This document shows positions 1 to 7,883 of a DNA stretch of 64,000 nt, piece after piece; within the stretch, counting starts at the first letter, position 1, and each line of letters starts with the position of its first letter. A model generated the notes under the pieces. It ran no database searches and was not told the DNA's origin. It saw nothing but the letters and a program-made list of their open reading frames with translations. Made by a program: the position numbers and the translations under genes. This DNA is from Rhodospirillaceae bacterium (GTDB taxonomy: Bacteria > Pseudomonadota > Alphaproteobacteria > GCA-2731375): assembly GCA_018667855.1 (NCBI GenBank), contig JABIRL010000182.1, positions 5,503 to 69,502 on the forward strand. Direction: 5' to 3'.

Positions 1-727
1 GAATTTCACGCCCATGACCCTGCTGCCCGGCCTGTTGCAGAACCTGCGCGGCTATCCCGATGGCATTATCGGTCTTTTGCTCGGCGTACGTGGCCTGGGG
101 ACCTTGCTTGGTTTTACCGTGCTGTTCTTCGGCAACAAATATGATCCTCGTATTTGGCTGATCTGCGGCTTCGGACTGCAGGGACTTTCCGGTTGGATGA
201 TGGTGCAGTTCGATATCAACGTCACCACATGGGACGTTGCCCATGCCTCTTTCCTGCAGGGCCTGGGCACCGGATTCCTTTGGGTGCCCCTGACTCTGGT
301 GACCTTCAATACACTGCCGCAAAGATTTTTTCCCGAAGGTTCGTCGATATTCCACTTACTGCGCAATATCGGCTCGTCCGTACATATTTCCATTTCCGTG
401 GCCCTGGTTCTGCACAGCTCCAAAATCAACTATGGCCACCTGGCGGAATCGGTGACGCCCTACGCCAAAGCCTGGCAGGTACCGACGAATGCGGGAGTCT
501 GGAACCTGGACTCGGTCGAGACCCTGGCGCGGATCGGCGGTGAGGTTCAACGTCAGGGGCTGATGATCGGCTATATCAACGCGTTCTATTTCTATACTCT
601 GACCGCCGTCGCGGCCCTGCCCCTGATCTTGATGGTGCGCATGAAAAAGACCAGCCCGCCGCCCGCACCCAAAGTCGAGCCGCCGAAACCGGCCGTCCGG
701 CCCGTGAAAGGCCCTCAAACTCGATAG
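1..727 (+). CDS. MFS-type drug-efflux transporter (EmrB/QacA-like), C-terminal part; the 5' end lies outside the window
   Basis: The ORF runs to the window edge. The protein is hydrophobic and multi-TM, with conserved GFLWVPLTLVTFNTLPQ and LLRNIGSSVHISI segments typical of the 14-TM MFS C-terminal half. Pro/Lys-rich tail. Confidence 0.55.
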   Translation, partial: NFTPMTLLPGLLQNLRGYPDGIIGLLLGVRGLGTLLGFTVLFFGNKYDPRIWLICGFGLQGLSGWMMVQFDINVTTWDVAHASFLQGLGTGFLWVPLTLVTFNTLPQRFFPEGSSIFHLLRNIGSSVHISISVALVLHSSKINYGHLAESVTPYAKAWQVPTNAGVWNLDSVETLARIGGEVQRQGLMIGYINAFYFYTLTAVAALPLILMVRMKKTSPPPAPKVEPPKPAVRPVKGPQTR

Positions 728-2571
728 ACCTTCAGAGCCTCCCGCCGGCCGCGTATTTCTTGTGGTCCCAGATCCTCCGCCCCATCGAGACCGGCAGCTT
801 CTTGGGTCGCCTGGGACAGCAGAATAGTTACCGCCGAATTCGGATCGGCCAAGGTATGACCCAGCTCCTCCAGGCGATGGGATGTATTCACGCTGTCACC
901 GACGATGGTGTAGTTCATGCGTTGCGGTGCGCCGATATTGCCGACGATGACCGGGCCCGTATGAATGCCGATGCGCAGGGCGAGCGGGCCGCCGTCCCGG
1001 TCTCCGTTGCCGGCTTCAACCGCCTTGCGAATAGCCAACGCGGCACGGCAGGCGCGGGCGGCATGGTCGGGCTGGTCTTCCGGCGCACCCCAGAATGCCA
1101 TGACGGAATCACCGATGAATTTATCGATAGTGCCGTCCTCCGCCTCGATGCAGGCGCCGACCTCGGCGAAATGGTCATTCAAAAGGTTAGCCGCCTGTTC
1201 CACGTCCATTTGTTCCGTCGCGGCGGTGAAACCGACAATATCGGTAAACAGCACCGTTACCTGACGCTGTTCCGAGCGGTCCAACACCCCTTCGCCCTGG
1301 CGCATCAGGCGGCGTACCAGGCTGCGCGGCACGTAGGTCTCGAACCAGCGCAACGAGGGGATCATATTGTTGAAGGCCATGCCGGCATCATTCATCTCCT
1401 TGATGCGGCTGGTCGGCAGGTCGGTAAATCCGTCCAGGGATAAATTCCGCACCCGGCCGGCGGCCCGGGCCAGCTCCTTCAGCGGCTGGGCGATATGATT
1501 GCTTAAGATCCAGGCCAGTACCAAGGACAGCACCAATGCGACCGTGCCGGCGATGCCGGCCAGCAAAACCCGCTTGAACTCGGTTTCCACATCATCGTTC
1601 CGAAAATAGACGCCGATCTCCCACGGCACCTCACCGAACCAGTTCAACCGCCTTGCGATCAGGGGGTAGGCCTCGCCGTCCGCCGTGCCGACGATTTGGA
1701 TGCCCATGTCCCGCGACATCCGGCCGCCGTATTCCGGCCCCAATTCGGGGTTCAGATAGGCCGCGAGAACGGTGTCGCCGAAATCCTTGACCAGAGGCAG
1801 TGGTTTCTCCGGCGAGGCGCCCTCGAACCCCTTGGCCAAGCGGCGGTGCGCCAGGACGAAACGGTGGTCATAGAGCACGAAGACCTCGCCTTCCATGGCC
1901 AGGTTTTCTTCCGCCAGCATGGCCGATAGCTGCGATATGGTGACCGAGGCCACCAATAGACCGGCAAATTCACCCTCTGCCCAAACCGCGCGGCGCACGT
2001 TTAGCAGGGTCAGGGCGATATCGGGCGGGCGCAGGACCTTGCCCCAATGGGCCCGATGACGGGCTTTTGACTGGACGATTTGACGTACGATTTCCGGTGA
2101 ATGGTCATAGGCCACGGCCTCGAGCTTGGCGCCGTCATCGTCCCGCGTGACCAATTGGCCGCGCCCGGTTTCATCCAGGAAAACCAAGGCGCCGACTTGC
2201 GGCATAGCCGCCAGGGAAGATGACAACGCCTGGGACAAATCATCTGCGTCCGCTAGGTCGATCTGTCCATTTTCCATACGCCGGCCGATGAATTCAACGG
2301 CCATTTCCGCCGGCCTCAAACGCTGCTCAATCGCCGATTGGACGTCATCCAGCACGGCTTCGGCCAGTTTACGAGTCAATGAGACAGTATTTTCCCGTGC
2401 GCTCCACAAACCCAGCAGCAAGACGACGGCGACCGCGGCCAGGACCAGACCGCCAAAGCCGACCATCAGTGCCGTTCGCATGCCGAAACGCAAACGGCTG
2501 CCGGCGCGTCCGGACTTTGTTTCTTCCACGGCGCCTCGCCTTATCTCAATCGCGTCAGAGACAATGTGCAA
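715..2571 (-). CDS. Membrane-bound class III adenylate/guanylate cyclase with an N-terminal TM, periplasmic sensor domain and HAMP-like linker
   Basis: C-terminal cyclase homology domain: FTDIVGFTAATE ... FIGDSVMAFWGAP ... IGIHTGPVIVGNIG. N-terminal TM helix followed by a ~300-aa extracytoplasmic domain and a second TM. Start codon uncertain (2571 or 2481). Confidence 0.75.
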   Translation of the reverse strand: MHIVSDAIEIRRGAVEETKSGRAGSRLRFGMRTALMVGFGGLVLAAVAVVLLLGLWSARENTVSLTRKLAEAVLDDVQSAIEQRLRPAEMAVEFIGRRMENGQIDLADADDLSQALSSSLAAMPQVGALVFLDETGRGQLVTRDDDGAKLEAVAYDHSPEIVRQIVQSKARHRAHWGKVLRPPDIALTLLNVRRAVWAEGEFAGLLVASVTISQLSAMLAEENLAMEGEVFVLYDHRFVLAHRRLAKGFEGASPEKPLPLVKDFGDTVLAAYLNPELGPEYGGRMSRDMGIQIVGTADGEAYPLIARRLNWFGEVPWEIGVYFRNDDVETEFKRVLLAGIAGTVALVLSLVLAWILSNHIAQPLKELARAAGRVRNLSLDGFTDLPTSRIKEMNDAGMAFNNMIPSLRWFETYVPRSLVRRLMRQGEGVLDRSEQRQVTVLFTDIVGFTAATEQMDVEQAANLLNDHFAEVGACIEAEDGTIDKFIGDSVMAFWGAPEDQPDHAARACRAALAIRKAVEAGNGDRDGGPLALRIGIHTGPVIVGNIGAPQRMNYTIVGDSVNTSHRLEELGHTLADPNSAVTILLSQATQEAAGLDGAEDLGPQEIRGRREALKVYRV

Positions 2572-2638
2572 GCTTATGGCGTCTTCGTCCAGCGGCTAAT
2601 CAATAATGGAATTGCCGATGAATTCAGTGCCTTAGAAT

Positions 2639-2684
2639 AGATCAAACCGCACAAAATTGATTCCAATTTTTTGCGGTTTGATCT
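2639..2684. repeat. Long imperfect hairpin with perfect 13-bp outer arms (agatcaaaccgca / tgcggtttgatct) and an inner A/T stem. Sits between the TerB-like gene stop and the cyclase start.
   Basis: Read directly from the sequence. No clean U-run follows on either strand, so it may be a terminator of the upstream minus-strand gene or a 5' regulatory structure for the cyclase. Confidence 0.4.
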
Positions 2685-2696
2685 ACGGCGGACGTC

Positions 2697-3113
2697 CTAC
2701 AACGTCGTGTGACGGGCACGGACGCCGCGTTCTATGGCGGCGGCGGTCAGGCGGTCGAGATCCAGGCTATCGCGCAGTTGTTGCAGCAGGCGCAGTTCTT
2801 CCTGCTCCACATGCAGATCGGCGGCGGCAATTTCACAGGCGATGGCATAGGCGGTTTCGCTCAACCTGGCCGGCAGGGAAGCTATGATCAGATCCAGCAC
2901 CTGGTCCAGGCCGCCCTGCTCACCCAGTTTGGCGGCGCATTCTTCGGCCAGGGGCACCAGCTCTTCCTCGTCGAAGTCCAGGAATACGGGCAGGTTGCGG
3001 ACCTGTTCGCCAATCCGCTTCAGCTCCCGGTCGGTCATGTTGTTGTCGGCGGCGGAAATCAGCACCATGATGTAAATCAGGGCACTGTGCGGATTTAACA
3101 GATCGTCGTTCAT
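2697..3113 (-). CDS. TerB-like (tellurite-resistance / DjlA-N-terminal-like) domain protein
   Basis: 138 aa, acidic, all-helical composition with the pattern IYIMVLISAADNNMTDRELKRI ... AIACEIAAADLHVEQEELRLL typical of TerB-family proteins. AGGAGA RBS 8 nt upstream. Confidence 0.5.
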   Translation of the reverse strand: MNDDLLNPHSALIYIMVLISAADNNMTDRELKRIGEQVRNLPVFLDFDEEELVPLAEECAAKLGEQGGLDQVLDLIIASLPARLSETAYAIACEIAAADLHVEQEELRLLQQLRDSLDLDRLTAAAIERGVRARHTTL

Positions 3114-3205
3114 GGCGTTCTCCTGCGGACACTGTCGTTTCTTCCGGGCGCGGCGAAAATAGGCGAGGTGCCGGGCTATCGCAAGCTTTGTTCAAGGTGC
3201 TTTGT

Positions 3206-4717
3206 TCAAGGTGCCGCGGCAATCGTTTCGGACAGCCGTTTGGCGCCTGCCATGATGGCGTCTTCATCATGGGCGGCATAACCCAGCATCAGTCCCTGGC
3301 GCATGGGTTTGCCCACGAACGAGGTGCTGAGCGGCATAGTCATGACGCCGTCGCCATTCGCCGCCCGTGAAACCCGGATGTCATCCATCGGCTGCTTGAG
3401 CGCGGGGCCCGGCCAGGCAATCAAGTGCATGCCGGCCTCATCCGCCTGGATATCCAGCAAACCATCAAGGTGTTGCTTGGCGCCGGCCAACAAAGCGTCC
3501 TGACGGGCGCCGTAGAGGCGGCGCATGCGGCGCACATGGGCCGCGAAATGGCCGTCATCGATGAAACTCGCCAGCACCGGCTGGGCCAGCATGGCGGCAT
3601 GGTCATCCAGCACCCGCCGGGCGGAAATGAAGGCGTCCACCAGATCGGGCGGCACCACCAGATAACCCAGGCGCAGGCTTGGAAACAGGACCTTGGAAAA
3701 ACTGCCCACATAGATCACCCGCCCCGTGGGGTCCAGGCCCTGCAACGCTGCCAGTGGCCGGCCCGCGTAGCGGTATTCGCTGTCGTAGTCGTCTTCCAAT
3801 ATCCAGGCCTGGCGGCGGCGGGCCCATTCGATCAGGGCGATCCGCCGGCGTAGGCTCATCACCACGCCCAGGGGGTGTTGGTGGGATGGCGCAACGCAGA
3901 CCATGCGGGCCAGGGGCGCCCGGGCCTCGCCGGCGGCGATGTCCAGGCCTTCCTCGTCCACCGGGGTCAGGGCAATACGCAGGCCGGCCGCGGTCAAGGC
4001 GCCGCGGATGCCGCCATAGCCGGGTTCCTCCATCATGGCCTGGTCGCCATGGTCCAGCAGAACCTGACTGGCCAGATTGATGGCCTGCTGAGCACCGCTG
4101 ACCACGATGATCTGGCCAGGGTCGCAACGCACCCCGCGCATGGCGCCCAAATAGGCCGCGATGGCGGATTTCAAGGGCGGATAGCCCCCCGGATCCAGGC
4201 TGATCGCCAATTCCCGCCCGGGCCGGCGCCAAAACCGGGTCAGTAATCTGGCCCATATGTCGAAGGGAAAGGCGGAAATATCCGGACCTGGGGAAAACGC
4301 CGCGCCGTTGCTGGCCGTGGGCCGACTGATCGCCGCCAGATCCCGACCGCGCCGGGACAGGCCATAGTGGCGCGCCACATCGTCCTGTTGCCGCGCCGCA
4401 TCATGGCCGTGGTGCAGAAAGCGTGGGGGCCGTGGCCGCTCCGGCCCCGTGTCGGGCAATTCAGCGGCAACATAGGTGCCGTCACCCTGGCGGGTTTCCA
4501 CATAGCCCTCCGCCAATAGCTGTTGCAGGGCGGTCGCGACCGTGTTGCGCGAGAGGGACATGTCCTGGGCCAGCACCCGGTTCGCAGGCAACCGGCTGCC
4601 GGCAGCCAGGCGCCCATCCAGGATCATCTGGCGCAAACCGGCATATAACTGCCGATAAAGCGGCCCTTTGCCGTCTCTGTCCAGATCCAAGGCCACCAGA
4701 TTTCCGCCGCCGGGCAT
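3206..4717 (-). CDS. MocR/GntR-family transcriptional regulator (N-terminal wHTH fused to a PLP-dependent aminotransferase-like domain)
   Basis: N-terminus LYRQLYAGLRQMILDGRLAAGSRLPANRVLAQDMSLSRNTVATALQQLLAEGYVETRQGDGTYV is a GntR HTH. The C-terminal 350 aa are aminotransferase class I/II-like, with a lysine in SFSKVLFPSLRLGYLV. ATG at 4717 has a GAAGGA RBS; the upstream GTG is also possible. Confidence 0.8.
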   Translation of the reverse strand: MPGGGNLVALDLDRDGKGPLYRQLYAGLRQMILDGRLAAGSRLPANRVLAQDMSLSRNTVATALQQLLAEGYVETRQGDGTYVAAELPDTGPERPRPPRFLHHGHDAARQQDDVARHYGLSRRGRDLAAISRPTASNGAAFSPGPDISAFPFDIWARLLTRFWRRPGRELAISLDPGGYPPLKSAIAAYLGAMRGVRCDPGQIIVVSGAQQAINLASQVLLDHGDQAMMEEPGYGGIRGALTAAGLRIALTPVDEEGLDIAAGEARAPLARMVCVAPSHQHPLGVVMSLRRRIALIEWARRRQAWILEDDYDSEYRYAGRPLAALQGLDPTGRVIYVGSFSKVLFPSLRLGYLVVPPDLVDAFISARRVLDDHAAMLAQPVLASFIDDGHFAAHVRRMRRLYGARQDALLAGAKQHLDGLLDIQADEAGMHLIAWPGPALKQPMDDIRVSRAANGDGVMTMPLSTSFVGKPMRQGLMLGYAAHDEDAIMAGAKRLSETIAAAP

Positions 4718-4737
4718 GGCAATATCCTTCACGAATC

Positions 4738-4787
4738 AATTGGCCCTATTAAACTATCATTAATTGGCCTTTGACATGAGCCAATTC
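4738..4787. promoter_or_regulatory. Candidate operator in the divergent MocR/glyoxalase promoter region
   Basis: AATTGGCC at 4738-4745 and again at 4762-4769 (direct repeat, 24-bp spacing), plus an inverted copy AGCCAATT at 4780-4787. MocR regulators bind direct/inverted repeats of this size. A strong GAGGAGGA RBS for the glyoxalase gene follows. Confidence 0.3.
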
Positions 4788-4825
4788 AGACCTCATGTTC
4801 CAAAACAGCTTCTGAGGAGGAAAAC

Positions 4826-5260
4826 ATGAAACTTGCGACGGAGACACCATGGATGCCAGCCCCCGAATATGGGCGCGGCTTGCGGGGACTGGGTGTCAAT
4901 CTGGTGGTTCGCGACGTGCCCGCCGCCTTGAAATTTCAGAGCGAGGTTCTTGAAGCGGAAATTATTCACAGCGACCGGGATTTTGCCGCCCTGCGAGGCT
5001 TTGGCGGCGAATGGATGCTGCACGCCGATCACACCTACAGCGATCACCCCCTGAAGGGCAGTTTAAGCGGCGATCTCGCCCGCGGCATCGGCGCGGAATT
5101 GCGTCTTTACGGCCGCGATCCGGACCAGGCGGAGGCCAAGGCCCGGGAGCTGGGTTACGAAGTGCTGGCCGGCGCCCTGGACAAGCCCCACGGCCTGCGC
5201 GAGGCCTATATCATGGATCAGGACGGTTATTTGTGGGTGCCCGGCGTACCCCTGGGCTGA
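4826..5260 (+). CDS. Glyoxalase/bleomycin-resistance/dioxygenase (VOC) family protein
   Basis: 144 aa with the VOC fold pattern (GLRGLGVNLVVRDVPAALKFQSEVL ... AYIMDQDGYLWVPG). Strong SD GAGGAGGAAAAC precedes the ATG. Confidence 0.65.
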   Translation: MKLATETPWMPAPEYGRGLRGLGVNLVVRDVPAALKFQSEVLEAEIIHSDRDFAALRGFGGEWMLHADHTYSDHPLKGSLSGDLARGIGAELRLYGRDPDQAEAKARELGYEVLAGALDKPHGLREAYIMDQDGYLWVPGVPLG

Positions 5261-5277
5261 GATCTATCCGGCCATCG

Positions 5278-6303
5278 TCATGTTGTAAGCGCCATGTTGT
5301 AGGCCTTGGCCGCCGCGCCGGCGAACAGATCCTGCTTTTCCGATGCCGAGGCGCCGGCCGCCAGACGCTTGAAGGCATTCCAGCAGACCTGATAGCTGCA
5401 CCAGCGTTTTTGCACCGGAAAATTAGATTCGAACATGGACCGCGATGGGCCGAAAGCTTCGATGCAGGTTTCGATCCAGGGCCGCCAGGCCGCCGCCACC
5501 TCTTCCGATCCGGGCGGCAAATCGCGGTCGCCGTCGAAGCCGGGCATGCGGATGGGCAAGGCGCCCAACTTGATATAGACATTCTGCCGTTCGGCGACCT
5601 TTTGGATGCGGCCGCGCCAGTCTTCAAAGACTTCCTCCGTCTTGCCCCTGTAGGGTCCACCCAGAATAGGGCTGCCCACATGGTTGAGGATGATCCGCAG
5701 GTTCGGCAAGGCATCGGCCAGTTCACCGACCTCGTCCAGCTGCGGGTGGTAGAGCCAGCTGTCCAGAGAAAGGTTCTTGGCCGCCAAAACAGCCGCCGCC
5801 GCCCTGACCCGATCATCCACCAGCATGCCTTCGCCGGGCACCACATTATTGATACGTTCGTCCCCGTCCCAGCCGGTGGAATAACGAACACCGTGGAAAC
5901 GGCCGCCCGAGGCTTCCATATGTTTTTCCAGCAAAGGCGCGACATCGGCGCCCAGGGTCATGTCCACGTTGCCGAACATCACGTCGCAGGCCCGGGTGGG
6001 GCCGAACTGGCCGCCGGCGCTCATGGCGGCCTGGCCGCGCACGAACTCCGCTTCGCCCAGGGATCGTTCCGCATCAGCTCCGTCCTGGCGGTACATGGAA
6101 TGGCATTCCGCGAACACCGTGGCGGCGATATTGTGGCCACTGGCCAGATCCACCGCCAACTCCGGCATCATGTAGGTGTAGCCGTTGCGCAGCCACAGAT
6201 GATGGTGCGGGTCGATGATCGCCAGGTCCGGCTCCAGGATCGCCTCGTCAATCTTGCCGAGCCAGTCATCGTCCGGGGCTGTCTGACCCATGTTCGCGGC
6301 CAT
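5278..6303 (-). CDS. Amidohydrolase-2 family metal-dependent hydrolase (LigI / ACMSD-like)
   Basis: IIDPHHHLW motif near the N-terminus. His/Asp metal ligands are spaced as in the amidohydrolase_2 TIM-barrel family. GGGAGAG RBS. Confidence 0.7.
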   Translation of the reverse strand: MAANMGQTAPDDDWLGKIDEAILEPDLAIIDPHHHLWLRNGYTYMMPELAVDLASGHNIAATVFAECHSMYRQDGADAERSLGEAEFVRGQAAMSAGGQFGPTRACDVMFGNVDMTLGADVAPLLEKHMEASGGRFHGVRYSTGWDGDERINNVVPGEGMLVDDRVRAAAAVLAAKNLSLDSWLYHPQLDEVGELADALPNLRIILNHVGSPILGGPYRGKTEEVFEDWRGRIQKVAERQNVYIKLGALPIRMPGFDGDRDLPPGSEEVAAAWRPWIETCIEAFGPSRSMFESNFPVQKRWCSYQVCWNAFKRLAAGASASEKQDLFAGAAAKAYNMALTT

Positions 6304-6324
6304 ATTGCTCTCCCTATTAGTGGT

Positions 6325-7398
6325 CTAGGTCTGCCCGATACCACCGCGCACGGCGCCCGCTGCCACGTTGCGCCACAGAACCTCATGATCGGCAGGCAGG
6401 GCGCGGCTGTTTGGCATGGCCAGCCACAGACGATGCAGCAAACGGCGTTGGTCCGCGTTGGCATCGAGGTGATCCTCGTAGGCCGTGCGCGCGTGATAGA
6501 TCACATGGTTGTTGATGAACTGCATGTCACCCGGTTGCATGGTCATCTCGAAGCAAAGCTCGTCCGCCAACTCGGCCAGTAAATCCAGGGCCCGCCAATG
6601 GTGATCCTCCATGCGCGGCACATCCAGCATTTCCTGTGCCGCCTCCACATAGGTTCGGGAATAATGGGAGGTAAACCGGCCCTTAAGCTGGCCGAATACA
6701 GGCAGGGCGTAGCTTAACAATTCGCCGCCGCGTTCTTCGCCCAAACGGGCCCGGTGCAGAGGTTCGTACATAAGCGCCGCCAGCTCGGGGTCGCGGCGCA
6801 GCATTTCGTTGTGCACGGTGACGGAGGAGGCGATGCGACTGACCCCACCGGCTTTCGCCTGGCGAACACACAACAGCGCCACCACATCCGTGCGGTCCGT
6901 GTGAAAACGCAAAATCCCATTTGATAGCGTGCGCGCCTTGGACGATTGGAATTTTTCGCCGTCCCGCGTGGTTAGCTTATGCCCTTCAAGGCTATCCGTA
7001 TCCACGGCCTCATCCTGGATATCCCGCATCAGCTGGGCGTGGAAGTCCTGAAAAACCGGTTGGCCCAGATTAAGCCCAATGCCGTACCAGACGTGGCGCA
7101 GGCCATCGCCGAATTCCGCCACCGGCAGACCGGACACATTGGCCAGGCCGCTGCCGTTTTCCAGCTCGTCCGCCATCTCGGCGAATTTGTCGGCGAGACC
7201 GGGCAGGGGGAAATCGAACTTCGTCATTTTGTCCCAGGCCAGACCGCTTTGGCGGACATGGTCCAGGGCGCCATGAATTTCAGCGATATCATCCCGGGAC
7301 AAGGCGAACCGCCAGCGCGGATCCTGTTCCATTGCCTTGCCGTGCCAAGCGCAGGCGCCGTTGATTTCGCTGGGATCATGGGTCATGGCTAAATCCAA
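6325..7398 (-). CDS. TauD/TfdA-like Fe(II)/2-oxoglutarate-dependent dioxygenase
   Basis: 357 aa. HTD ... H facial triad (ILRFHTDRTD ... NHVIYHART) and overall similarity to the clavaminate-synthase-like / TauD fold. Start could be 7398 or 7386 (MTHDP). Confidence 0.55.
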   Translation of the reverse strand: MDLAMTHDPSEINGACAWHGKAMEQDPRWRFALSRDDIAEIHGALDHVRQSGLAWDKMTKFDFPLPGLADKFAEMADELENGSGLANVSGLPVAEFGDGLRHVWYGIGLNLGQPVFQDFHAQLMRDIQDEAVDTDSLEGHKLTTRDGEKFQSSKARTLSNGILRFHTDRTDVVALLCVRQAKAGGVSRIASSVTVHNEMLRRDPELAALMYEPLHRARLGEERGGELLSYALPVFGQLKGRFTSHYSRTYVEAAQEMLDVPRMEDHHWRALDLLAELADELCFEMTMQPGDMQFINNHVIYHARTAYEDHLDANADQRRLLHRLWLAMPNSRALPADHEVLWRNVAAGAVRGGIGQT

Positions 7399-7883
7399 TA
7401 TTGCAGAACGTAATCGAAGGGACCTTCGGCATTGACGATATCCACCCGCTGCAGGCGAATGCGGTAGCCGTCCGGGGAGTTTACCAGATCATGGCGATAT
7501 TTGCCGGCGAAGAAGCGCTGTTCATCGTTGCGGTACTCGGCCACATAGAATTTTGACCGCACGACAATATCGCCCGAGGCGGCATCCTCCGTTTCAACGA
7601 TCACATTGGAGACTACATGCCCCGTGCGGTTGGGCGGATACTGCGACCAGGCGTTGGGGTGGTTGACCCGCCCGATGCGCACCCGCATCAGATAATGATC
7701 CTCGTAAAAGATATTCGCCTGGCCCTCGCCCTCCGTCTGCTCGGGCGATGCGGGCATCCAGTAGTGTCCCTCCGGCGTGAACAGGTTTAGCCAGTCGTCC
7801 CACATGCGCTCGTCCAGGATTTCCGCCTGGCGATAGAGGAACTGCTCAACCCGGCGCTGGGTTTCCAGGCTGACTTCGCTCAT
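7389..7883 (-). CDS. Aromatic-ring-hydroxylating dioxygenase, small (beta) subunit
   Basis: NTF2-like beta-subunit signature (MSEVSLETQRRVEQFLYRQAEILDERMWDDWLNLFTPEGHYWMP ...). ATGA overlap with the alpha-subunit stop at 7880-7883. The longer ORF-track N-terminus looks like an over-extension. Confidence 0.8.
   Translation of the reverse strand: MSEVSLETQRRVEQFLYRQAEILDERMWDDWLNLFTPEGHYWMPASPEQTEGEGQANIFYEDHYLMRVRIGRVNHPNAWSQYPPNRTGHVVSNVIVETEDAASGDIVVRSKFYVAEYRNDEQRFFAGKYRHDLVNSPDGYRIRLQRVDIVNAEGPFDYVLQYWI

Noticed and set aside
3425-4256. Multiple 120-220-aa ORFs overlapping the MocR regulator gene on both strands (e.g. 3603..4256-, 3679..4080+)
   Set aside because: Arg/Pro/Gly-rich translations typical of off-frame reading of GC-rich coding DNA. 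The MocR ORF has a clear HTH + aminotransferase architecture and accounts for the region.
5011-6582. 523-aa plus-strand ORF
   Set aside because: Antisense to the amidohydrolase and TauD-like genes. Low-complexity Arg/Gly/Ala-rich product with no domain pattern.
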